Source of the DNA: Flavobacteriales bacterium
Lineage (GTDB): Bacteria > Bacteroidota > Bacteroidia > Flavobacteriales_D > JAUILH01
Length of the DNA stretch: 64,000 bases
Assembly (NCBI GenBank): GCA_964230215.1
Contig: CAXRGQ010000007.1
Location: 789,531-853,530 of the forward strand
Direction of reading: 5' to 3'
The position numbers and the translations under genes are program-made. Positions 45,793 through 53,707 of the stretch are shown here, in pieces. The first letter of the stretch is position 1. The number at the start of each line of letters is the position of its first letter. A model generated the notes under the pieces. That model worked only from the letters and a program-made list of their open reading frames with translations. It searched no databases and had not been told where the DNA came from.

Positions 45793-46416
45793 ATGAATTT
45801 AGAACGTGTGTCTGCCATTATATTTGACCTTGGCGGTGTTATCCTTAACATTGATTACAATAAAACCAGTCAAGCCTTTATAGACCTTGGGCTGACCAAT
45901 TTTGATGAACTCTACTCGCAGGCCAAACAATCTAATTTGTTTGATGATTTTGAAACAGGTCGCATGTCTGCGGATCAGTTTAGAGATGAGCTGCGATCAA
46001 TTTCTGGTGTGGCTTTGTCAGATGAGGACATAGACAATGCATGGAATGCAATGCTTTTAGATATGCCAGTTGAAAGGATTGAGTTTCTAGAGGAGCTTTC
46101 TAAATCAAGACCCCTATATCTTCTAAGCAATACCAACGAAATTCATGTGAAGCAATTTGAGACGGACATGAAGTCACAAGGCTTGTTTGATAGGTTTATA
46201 ACTGTGTTTCAGAACTACTATTATTCTAGCACAATTGGACAACGCAAACCTGATGCGGGCGCATTTATGTATGTATGCTCACAAAATGACTTAGAGCCAT
46301 CAAAAACATTGTTTATTGACGATTCAATTCAGCATGTACAAGGCGCAAAAGAAGCTGGTCTACAGGCGATTCATTTGAATACGGCTGAGTCGGATATAAT
46401 TCAGCTTTTCTCCTGA
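45793..46416 (+). CDS. HAD-superfamily hydrolase (subfamily IA)
   Basis: 207 aa. Motif I-like IIFDLGGVIL, LLSNTN and a C-terminal FIDDS motif. Confidence 0.75.
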   Translation: MNLERVSAIIFDLGGVILNIDYNKTSQAFIDLGLTNFDELYSQAKQSNLFDDFETGRMSADQFRDELRSISGVALSDEDIDNAWNAMLLDMPVERIEFLEELSKSRPLYLLSNTNEIHVKQFETDMKSQGLFDRFITVFQNYYYSSTIGQRKPDAGAFMYVCSQNDLEPSKTLFIDDSIQHVQGAKEAGLQAIHLNTAESDIIQLFS

Positions 46417-46802
46417 CAGATTTCTACTAACACGCCATTAGTGCTTTTTGGATGCAAGAAAGCAATTCGTTTATTGTCTGCACCGTCTTTTGGGCTGGTG
46501 TGAATGAGTGTGAAGCCTTCGTCTTGTAAACGTTTTATTTCAAGATCGATATCTTCCACTTCAAAAGCAAGGTGGTGAATACCTTCTCCTTTTTTCTCGA
46601 TGAACCTTGCAATTGCACTGTCACTATTGGTGGCTTCTAATAGTTCAATTTTAGTCTCGCCCACCTGAAAAAAACGTGTGCTGACACCTTCGCTTTCGAC
46701 CGCCTCAGTTTTATAAGCTTTAGTGTTAAGAAGGCTTTCAAAAAGTGCAGTACTATCGTCAAGATTCTTTACTGCAATACCAATATGTTCTAATTTCTTC
46801 AT
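46401..46802 (-). CDS. mce: Methylmalonyl-CoA epimerase (VOC/glyoxalase fold)
   Basis: 133 aa. LEHIGIAV, GIHHLAFEV and NGVLVEICQ motifs. Confidence 0.8.
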   Translation of the reverse strand: MKKLEHIGIAVKNLDDSTALFESLLNTKAYKTEAVESEGVSTRFFQVGETKIELLEATNSDSAIARFIEKKGEGIHHLAFEVEDIDLEIKRLQDEGFTLIHTSPKDGADNKRIAFLHPKSTNGVLVEICQEKS

Positions 46803-46810
46803 TTTTTTGG

Positions 46811-46845
46811 ATTAAAAAAAACCCTGACGATAAGGTCAGGGTTTG
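46811..46845 (-). terminator. Rho-independent terminator of the 46866..47657 gene
   Basis: aaccctgac...gtcagggtt hairpin with T9 on the minus strand. Confidence 0.8.
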
Positions 46846-46865
46846 AATTTTGTTTAACTACTAAA

Positions 46866-47657
46866 TTACTTCTTCAAGAATTTCTCACTCTTGTTATCGT
46901 AATTTAAGTAGTATATACCTTTAGTTAAACCTGAACAGTCAACTGATTCACCAGCTCCTTTTTTAACGGGGTTTCCGTAGGCATCAAAAATTTCATATCT
47001 AGTCTTGGCAGAAAACTTAATCTCTTTATTCACCTTCTTAGGTTCAAAGGTAACCTCAGGAACAGTTGATGAGATTGATTTTGGCTGAGACGAGTTAGCT
47101 CTTTTCGTGTGGTCAATTTGCTTAACACGCACTTTAACAGAACCACTGTGCATATTTACTTTAAAACCATATTCGTGTTGTTCTGGAGTTCCTTCACCAT
47201 CAACTTCACCAATTGGAATCCATTTGTTCCAGTTGTACATTTCAACAATGAATGGTAACTTACCAGTTTCACCTGTTGTTGTCCACTTAACGTTTCCTTC
47301 ACCATCAATTTCAACAGATGTGTACTTGCAAGTAGACGTAGGCTTAAGAACTTCTTTGTTCAATACTTTTGGTGTACACTCGCTTCCATGCTCAATAACA
47401 ACAGTAACAGGGTCACCCATCTTTAATCCATGCTTGGTAAAATCAATTTCATAAGCACTTGAACTAATCTCATCAGAGGTAACTTTATCATTAACTGTCA
47501 CCTTCTCAGTACAGAAACCAACCCCGCCATCTCCGTTAAATGGATTCTGAACGAAAATGTTTTTCCCTTGGTAGTGACCCTCCAACACCAACCTCTTTTG
47601 AGCATCTATCTCATTAGAAACTAGTGCAATAACGCATATAAGTAGTAATTTTCTCAT
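46866..47657 (-). CDS. Hypothetical secreted protein, possible T9SS type-A C-terminal domain
   Basis: 263 aa. Signal peptide ...EIDAQ. C-terminal ...YEIFDAYGNPVKKG...GLTKGIYYLNYDNKSEKFLKK. Confidence 0.5.
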   Translation of the reverse strand: MRKLLLICVIALVSNEIDAQKRLVLEGHYQGKNIFVQNPFNGDGGVGFCTEKVTVNDKVTSDEISSSAYEIDFTKHGLKMGDPVTVVIEHGSECTPKVLNKEVLKPTSTCKYTSVEIDGEGNVKWTTTGETGKLPFIVEMYNWNKWIPIGEVDGEGTPEQHEYGFKVNMHSGSVKVRVKQIDHTKRANSSQPKSISSTVPEVTFEPKKVNKEIKFSAKTRYEIFDAYGNPVKKGAGESVDCSGLTKGIYYLNYDNKSEKFLKK

Positions 47658-47910
47658 GCCAATAACAGCTTTCGTCTTTTTAGACTTGAGCGCAATATTA
47701 TAATCAATTTTGTAATTATCAAAGCAAATTCAAATAATTTTTAACACATTATTTGATGGATTTTATCGATAAAAGTCAAAAAATGAAAGACTAATCCAAT
47801 TATGCTTGGGCAATGTTTGGATTATTATTATTTTCGTACTATTCTTGCATGGTTTGCGCAAATCATAGGCATTTTGCAGATTAATTGCAGGCTAAACTAA
47901 CGAATTGAAT

Positions 47911-49728
47911 ATGAAGAAATTATTGTTTGTTTCACTGCTAGGACTGGCTCTGGCTGGTTGTGGTGATAAATCATCAAGTGATACAGAAGGAAAGAAAGAT
48001 GGAGGTGAAAGCAAGTCTGATGATAAAAAATCATCTCATTCATCTGCTGGTTTGGATGGCTTGCGTGAAGGAAATGGCAACGTATCCTTAGGAGGAACTT
48101 TTCACCTTGCTGAAGAAGAACCATACACCACTTTGTTTCCTCAAGCGATTGAAGATTTAAATTCATCTAAAATGGCCAATCAAATTTATGAGGGGCTAGT
48201 TAAGTATAATCCGTCTACATTAGAACTTGAGCCTGCTGTGGCAGAAAGCTATGAGCTAAGTGCTGATGGAACAGAGTTTACATTTAAGATTCGTAAAGGC
48301 GTGAAATTCCACGACAATGACTGTTTTGAAGGCGGAAAAGGAAGAGAGCTAACCGCTAATGATGTAAAGTACTCAATTGAGTTAATGTGTTCTGGAGATA
48401 ACACAATGGCTAAATCAAATTTTGAAAATACTTACTTAAGTACTCTAGAAGGTGCTGCAGCCTATAATAGTGGACAGGCAGATAACATTTCTGGTGTTGA
48501 AGTAATTGATGACTACACACTAAAGCTGAAACTTAATGCAGCCCACACAAGCTTTATCTACAAATTGGCACTAACGCCAACAGCGGTAATTGCTAAAGAG
48601 GCATACGAAAAATATGGAAGTGAGATAAAGGTTGGATCTGGACCATTTAAATATGTATCAGAAACAGCTGATGGTGTTGTAATGGCGAGAAATGAAAATT
48701 ATTACGGTAAAGATGCTGATGGCAATCAATTACCGTACATGGATACTGTGGTTTTCCATTTTATCGATAATAAGTCCGAGCAGGTTGAAATGTTCGAGAA
48801 TGGACAGTTACACGTATTAAATGGTTTACCTGCAGAAAGTGCTGCCGAGATCATCCAAGAGAAAATTGACGAGTACGAAGGTGCTCCACCAGTGAAAATT
48901 TCTCAGTTTGAACCTGAATTAGCTTGTCAGTATTATGAGTTTAATATGACAAGAAAACATTTTAAGGATGCAAGAGTTAGAAAGGCGTTTAACTATGCGG
49001 TTGATCGAAATAAGATAATCGAAAACGTTCTATACAACCAGGCTCACATGAGCGGTAATTACGGAATTACACCTCCAGTGAAGATCTTAAAGGATTACCC
49101 ATTTGATAGTATAGCTAATTACGGTTATGAGTATAATCCAGAGTTGGCTAAGGAATTAATGGCGGAAGCTGGATATCCAAATGGAGAAGGATTTCCTACA
49201 CTTGAATTGGTGATTAATAGCGGTGGTAACATGCACAATAAAGTTGCAAAAGAGGTTACTAAGCAGCTAAGATCAGTTTTAGGAGTGGAAGTAAACTTGG
49301 CGGTTGTGCCATTCAAACAAAAGTTGGAAGATGCTAAGTACGGCAAGGCAGACATGTTTAGAGGTGCGTGGGTAGCTGATTATCCAGACCCAGAAACATT
49401 CTTAACGAATTTCTATGGTAAAAACGTGCCAGCTAGTCTTGACGAACCATCGCATCCAAATACAACCAGATATAAGAATGCAACCTTTGATAAGTACTTT
49501 GAAGCTGCGCTTAAATCAACAGACAAGGAATCGCGTTATGATAACTTCTTTAATGCAGAAAAAACCATGTTAATGGATCCACCAATAATGGTTTTATGGT
49601 ATGCTGAAGATTATAAGTTATACTATTCGTATGTTAGAAATTATGCGCCAAATGCACTTCAGTACCTTGATTTAAGCAGAGTATATCTAAAAGTTTGGGA
49701 AAAGAATGAGTGGGTAGATGCTCACTAG
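47911..49728 (+). CDS. ABC-transporter substrate-binding lipoprotein, family 5 (peptide/nickel type)
   Basis: The ATG at 47911 gives MKKLLFVSLLGLALAGC. SBP_bac_5-like motifs (e.g. GVKFHDN, GPFKY). No permease or ATPase gene is adjacent. Confidence 0.8.
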   Translation: MKKLLFVSLLGLALAGCGDKSSSDTEGKKDGGESKSDDKKSSHSSAGLDGLREGNGNVSLGGTFHLAEEEPYTTLFPQAIEDLNSSKMANQIYEGLVKYNPSTLELEPAVAESYELSADGTEFTFKIRKGVKFHDNDCFEGGKGRELTANDVKYSIELMCSGDNTMAKSNFENTYLSTLEGAAAYNSGQADNISGVEVIDDYTLKLKLNAAHTSFIYKLALTPTAVIAKEAYEKYGSEIKVGSGPFKYVSETADGVVMARNENYYGKDADGNQLPYMDTVVFHFIDNKSEQVEMFENGQLHVLNGLPAESAAEIIQEKIDEYEGAPPVKISQFEPELACQYYEFNMTRKHFKDARVRKAFNYAVDRNKIIENVLYNQAHMSGNYGITPPVKILKDYPFDSIANYGYEYNPELAKELMAEAGYPNGEGFPTLELVINSGGNMHNKVAKEVTKQLRSVLGVEVNLAVVPFKQKLEDAKYGKADMFRGAWVADYPDPETFLTNFYGKNVPASLDEPSHPNTTRYKNATFDKYFEAALKSTDKESRYDNFFNAEKTMLMDPPIMVLWYAEDYKLYYSYVRNYAPNALQYLDLSRVYLKVWEKNEWVDAH

Positions 49729-49751
49729 AATTTAGACAAGCAAGAACATTT

Positions 49752-49780
49752 TAAAGGGAGCTAGGAGCTCCCTTTTTTTG
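49752..49780 (+). terminator. Rho-independent terminator
   Basis: aagggagct-agg-agctccctt hairpin followed by T7. Confidence 0.8.
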
Positions 49781-49924
49781 TTTTACAATATTTCGTTCGG
49801 CAAAACGTCTTAAGAAGCACAGGGTGGCAGATTAACATTTTTTAAGACACACGAATACATGTCTTAAATTATTTTTGGCACAGCATTTGATTATGAGAAA
49901 ATAGAACACTAAAAAACATACGTC

Positions 49925-50062
49925 ATGAACGAAATAAAGAAACAATATAGAGAAGCAAAAGAATTAGCAAAGAAGTTAATGCAGTCTGGAATGATTGGTG
50001 CTTATTTAAAGCAATTGACTGTGGTAGATGCTTTACAACTTCAGCTAGTAAAAGCTAAATAA
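49925..50062 (+). CDS. Hypothetical 45-aa helical micro-protein (not in the ORF track)
   Basis: ATG..TAA ORF MNEIKKQYREAKELAKKLMQSGMIGAYLKQLTVVDALQLQLVKAK, followed by a strong terminator. Coding status is unproven. Confidence 0.35.
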   Translation: MNEIKKQYREAKELAKKLMQSGMIGAYLKQLTVVDALQLQLVKAK

Positions 50063-50085
50063 GATAAGTTTATAGTTTAAGATAA

Positions 50086-50111
50086 AAGAGCGGGCATTGC
50101 CCGCTCTTTTT
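50086..50111. terminator. Bidirectional rho-independent terminator
   Basis: aagagcgggc-att-gcccgctctt hairpin with flanking A- and T-runs. It lies between the micro-ORF and the convergent SulP gene. Confidence 0.85.
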
Positions 50112-50132
50112 GTTTTGATACAGATTGTATGT

Positions 50133-51734
50133 TTACTTGATTAAGGCGCCTCCATGCTTATGCACATGCTTTCCTTGTTGTTCAAGTTGGTATTCAATTT
50201 CTCCTACTACTTCTTGGCCATCATTGTCGATATGGATCACATTTTCAAAATCAATCATCACTCGATCGCCATCTATTTTTTGAACGAGACTTCTAAGCCC
50301 AGCTTTACTTATAAATGAAATCCTTTCTGACAAGACAATTACATCTTCGACTCTACCATGTTTGTCTTCCCTCTTTTCTAGCTTACCACCCCTAATCATG
50401 GCTATTAAATGACCAAAAGATTTAACCTCATTTAAAAATATTGTTATTAGTAAGGCAATTGCAAAACCAATTCCAATGCCCGTTAAGAGGTCAGAAAAAA
50501 GAATTCCTCCGATGGTAGCGATGAAAGGCACAAACTGCATCCATCCACGCTGCCAATAATCGCGATAAAGGCTAGGTTTTGATAGTTTCATACCAATTAC
50601 AATTAATACAGCCGCCAGAGAAGCCAGTGGAATATAATTCATTAGCGACGGGATTAATAAAACACTCAATAATAACAGCCACCCATGCAAGAAAGCTGAC
50701 AATTTTGATTTGGCACCATTTTGAGCATTGGCAGAGCTACGTACAATCACCTGAGTAACGGGTAAACCACCTAAAAATCCACTTACAAGATTGCCGGCAC
50801 CTTGTGCAAGTAGTTCTTGGTTTGGGTTACTTCTCCTCATTTCAGGGTCTAATCTATCAGCAGCGTCTAAACAAAGTAAGGTTTCTAAACTGGCCACAAC
50901 AGCAAGTGTAATGGCGGCAGTATAAACCTTAGAGTCCTGTAATGCATCAAAATTTGGGAACATATAGAATACATCTCCTAAACCAGATATTTCTGGTAAA
51001 GTTACTAGGTGTGATGAACTAACAGCCATAGAAGTTCCCTCGACAGCGGCAACAAACACGGCACCAAGAACAACAATCATTAGTGGAGCAGAAATAATCT
51101 TTGTAAAACTCTGTTTTTGCATAAATTTTCTTGACCATAGAAGGGTTATTAGCAAGCCAAATATGAAAACCAATGTCGGAGATTGTGTGATCGCGTCATG
51201 CATGTCGAAAATCTCTGTAAAGGTGTTTTTACCGTCTGCTTGATCAAAATCTATATCGCCTTCGTAATCTTTGTCATATCCGAAGGCATGGGGAATTTGT
51301 TTTAAAGTAATAATCAGTCCAATTCCAGCTAGCATACCATTAATTACAGCACCTGGGAAAAAGCCGACCATATTACCTAGTTTAACGAGCCCAAGTATTA
51401 CTTGAATTACCCCTGCAAGAACTACAGCAACTAGGAACAACTCAAAACCACCCTCTTCACCTGCAAATCCTTGAAAGTAGGTAATAGCTCCAGCAACAAT
51501 AGTTACTAATCCTGCTGCGGGACCGCTAACGCCAAGTGCGCTGTTACTAAAAAACGTAACAACAATACCTCCAGCAATTCCTGCTATAATACCTGATAAT
51601 GGTGGTGCACCAGAAGCTAGTGCAATTCCTAAACAAAGTGGCAAGGCCACTAAAAATACAACCAATGCAGCTGGAATATCTCTTTTTAAATCGCTGCCCC
51701 AGTTGAAAAAACCTTTCTTATTATTTGATTTCAT
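50133..51734 (-). CDS. SulP-family inorganic anion transporter with a C-terminal STAS-like domain
   Basis: 533 aa. Polytopic, with SulP-type N-terminal motifs (ALPLCLGIALASGAPPLSGII) and a soluble C-terminal domain. Confidence 0.8.
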   Translation of the reverse strand: MKSNNKKGFFNWGSDLKRDIPAALVVFLVALPLCLGIALASGAPPLSGIIAGIAGGIVVTFFSNSALGVSGPAAGLVTIVAGAITYFQGFAGEEGGFELFLVAVVLAGVIQVILGLVKLGNMVGFFPGAVINGMLAGIGLIITLKQIPHAFGYDKDYEGDIDFDQADGKNTFTEIFDMHDAITQSPTLVFIFGLLITLLWSRKFMQKQSFTKIISAPLMIVVLGAVFVAAVEGTSMAVSSSHLVTLPEISGLGDVFYMFPNFDALQDSKVYTAAITLAVVASLETLLCLDAADRLDPEMRRSNPNQELLAQGAGNLVSGFLGGLPVTQVIVRSSANAQNGAKSKLSAFLHGWLLLLSVLLIPSLMNYIPLASLAAVLIVIGMKLSKPSLYRDYWQRGWMQFVPFIATIGGILFSDLLTGIGIGFAIALLITIFLNEVKSFGHLIAMIRGGKLEKREDKHGRVEDVIVLSERISFISKAGLRSLVQKIDGDRVMIDFENVIHIDNDGQEVVGEIEYQLEQQGKHVHKHGGALIK

Positions 51735-51797
51735 ACTGATATTTTGTGATAAATGAAATGTATCGCATCCTTCAAATGCGTTAGATGATTCAATTTA

Positions 51798-52088
51798 TCA
51801 CGCCTCCGGAGGGGTATAGGGGGGCTCAGTATCTACCAATTGATAAGGCAAGTCTTGGTGGCTCTCAATTGTTACTGATGTAAGATTATTCTGACTAATA
51901 ATAGCATTTGTGTCGTCGTGCTCGCTCTTCTGATTGTGTTTAGTTTCTTCTTCTTCCTCGGCATTAGAAAGCACATTGGAAATATCCTCACCAATCTCAA
52001 AGTCAATACACGTGATTAAGCTTCCTGCCGAAAACTGAATAATCAATGCAGTTAGAAATGAAAATGATATGATATACTTGAAAATCAA
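51798..52088 (-). CDS. Hypothetical protein
   Basis: 96 aa. N-terminal hydrophobic helix and an acidic middle. No motif recognised. Confidence 0.3.
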   Translation of the reverse strand: MIFKYIISFSFLTALIIQFSAGSLITCIDFEIGEDISNVLSNAEEEEETKHNQKSEHDDTNAIISQNNLTSVTIESHQDLPYQLVDTEPPYTPPEA

Positions 52089-52152
52089 TATAGTTGCAGT
52101 TAGTCTTAGCCAAATATACGATTTAAATAGAGTAATCCAGATAAGAGTTCAA

Positions 52153-52557
52153 TTAGTCTTCCAATCCATGACCAGAATCAGATTGTTCTACTCTTTTGAG
52201 AAAATAATTCCAATCATTTTTATCACACATGGATACTGAAATTCTAACGCGTTCCTTGTTTCCATCTGAGTTTAGGTAGAGTTTTTTACCATCTAAATAG
52301 AAATCTGATAAGGACTTGAATCCATAGGTTTTGTGAACGGTGCCAAATAATGAATAATGTATGAATTGCTGTCCCCGTATTTCAAAATAGTCGTTTTGAA
52401 GATATAGCACACCCATGATAAGGCAAATTACTGCTGGCACAAAGTTTAAAATAGGAACATTTACATCCATGTACATTCCCAGGCCAAAAATTGCAATGGC
52501 TACTAAGCTTAAAATCACGAATAGATAACCCCAAATCTTATTATATCCTATTGTCAT
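52153..52557 (-). CDS. Hypothetical membrane protein
   Basis: The ATG at 52557 (MTIGYNKIWGYLFVILSL...) is preferred to the longer 52650 start, which would overlap the divergent Cys-rich ORF. Two TM helices plus a soluble domain. Confidence 0.4.
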   Translation of the reverse strand: MTIGYNKIWGYLFVILSLVAIAIFGLGMYMDVNVPILNFVPAVICLIMGVLYLQNDYFEIRGQQFIHYSLFGTVHKTYGFKSLSDFYLDGKKLYLNSDGNKERVRISVSMCDKNDWNYFLKRVEQSDSGHGLED

Positions 52558-52638
52558 AAAGTTTTTTTGCGTCTTTTTTGACCTTTCTGCGTCTACATAG
52601 GTAGAATCAACAAAAATAGTAATCATAAATATTACAAG

Positions 52639-52788
52639 ATGAAAGATCAAGATAAATTAATGAAAGACGGGACTTGCACATGTGAAAACTGTCAATGTAC
52701 CCAATGTGACTGCAATGGTAAGTGTGATAGCTCTTGCACTTGCGAAAAATGCGATTGCACGAATTGTAATGATTCATGCTGTGCATAA
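52639..52788 (+). CDS. Metallothionein-like Cys-rich micro-protein (49 aa, 14 Cys); absent from the ORF track
   Basis: Hand translation: MKDQDKLMKDGTCTCENCQCTQCDCNGKCDSSCTCEKCDCTNCNDSCCA*. The CxCxxCxCxxCxC pattern occurs twice. A 13-bp-stem terminator follows. Confidence 0.65.
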   Translation: MKDQDKLMKDGTCTCENCQCTQCDCNGKCDSSCTCEKCDCTNCNDSCCA

Positions 52789-52807
52789 TACAGACAGGAC
52801 TTATAAG

Positions 52808-52845
52808 AGTTCCGATATGACTTGTTCATGTCGGAACTTTTTTTT
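52808..52845 (+). terminator. Strong rho-independent terminator after the Cys-rich ORF
   Basis: agttccgatatga-cttgt-tcatgtcggaact (13 bp including one G:U) followed by T8. Confidence 0.85.
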
Positions 52846-52866
52846 ATCTTAAATAATAATTTAACA

Positions 52867-53412
52867 ATGGATTCAACCACAAATGTCTGGAACAAGTTTC
52901 ATGAGAATGTGCATAATTTTGTGCGCAAGAGAGTGGATGTAGATGCAGACATTGATGACATTGTACAGGAAGTTTTTGTTAGAATCCATCTTAAGAAAGA
53001 GAGTGTTAAAGATGACGCTAAACTCCAATCTTGGATTTATCAGGTTACACGGAACACAATAGCGGACTTTTATAGACAAAAGCAGAAAGAGGGCTATAAA
53101 CAGGACGAAACACCAGATATTGAAGATCAGGATGTGGGATTCTACGGAAAACAAGAGATGTTTTGTTGTCTGCACCCCTTTGTTGATGAACTACCAGATA
53201 AATACAGGGAAGCTTTAAAAATGTCTGATTTGGAAGGCAAAAAACAACAAGAAGTAGCAGACATTTTAGGTATATCTCTCTCAGGTGCTAAATCTAGGAT
53301 TCAAAGGGCACGCGAAATACTGAAAACCAAGTTTGTAGCATGTTGCAATTTCACCTTAAATGAGGAGGGTGAGCTAGTAGGAGAACAAGATTGTGCACGT
53401 TGTAATCCATAG
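52867..53412 (+). CDS. ECF-type sigma-70 factor (SigZ-like) with a Cys-rich C-terminal extension
   Basis: The ATG at 52867 (MDSTTNVWNKF...) is preferred because the 52822 start lies inside the terminator. Sigma-2 (IVQEVFVRIH, WIYQVTRN) and sigma-4 (ALKMSDLEGKKQQEVADILGISLSGAKSRIQRAR) regions. Cys at FCCLHPF and the C-terminal ACCNF...DCARCNP. Confidence 0.75.
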   Translation: MDSTTNVWNKFHENVHNFVRKRVDVDADIDDIVQEVFVRIHLKKESVKDDAKLQSWIYQVTRNTIADFYRQKQKEGYKQDETPDIEDQDVGFYGKQEMFCCLHPFVDELPDKYREALKMSDLEGKKQQEVADILGISLSGAKSRIQRAREILKTKFVACCNFTLNEEGELVGEQDCARCNP

Positions 53413-53655
53413 AAGCAACCTTTTTTTGTATATTTACGTCATATTAAGTAGACAACCCAAGGTGAACATCCTATAGAGCAATCGCTCGAAACCACTTTGG
53501 AACTTTATGTACTAACATGAAAGAGTTCCAAAGTATATTTCAAAAATATATTATCGGAATGTAATGTTAGGAAAGGACTTTCCTGACCTTGTTATTGCGA
53601 ATTACCCAGATCTCTGAGTATTGCTTACTTACCTCAAAACAATATTTAGAGATTT

Positions 53656-53683
53656 TGCCCCTCCAACTGAGAGGGGCATTTTT
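53656..53683 (+). terminator. Plus-strand rho-independent terminator in the sigma/ndh intergenic region
   Basis: tgcccctc-caactga-gaggggca hairpin followed by T5. There is no T-run on the minus strand. Confidence 0.7.
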
Positions 53684-53707
53684 GTACCCTGATGCTACTA
53701 GATCAAT

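Noticed and set aside
47905-47910. TTG start (47905) for the SBP gene, and similar non-ATG track starts at 15553, 35851, 38820 and 62237
   Set aside because: In each case a nearby in-frame ATG yields a cleaner signal peptide or N-terminus (47911, 15577, 35884, 38838, 62228).
52822-52866. Longer N-terminus for the ECF sigma factor (MFMSELFFILNNNLT...)
   Set aside because: These codons lie inside the terminator hairpin and T-run of the upstream gene and encode a poly-Phe/Asn artefact of the T-run. MDSTTNVW at 52867 gives a normal sigma-2 spacing.
52692-52895. 67-aa minus-strand ORF from the track
   Set aside because: It is antisense to the 14-Cys ORF and runs through a strong plus-strand terminator and the sigma-factor start. 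Its translation has no features.
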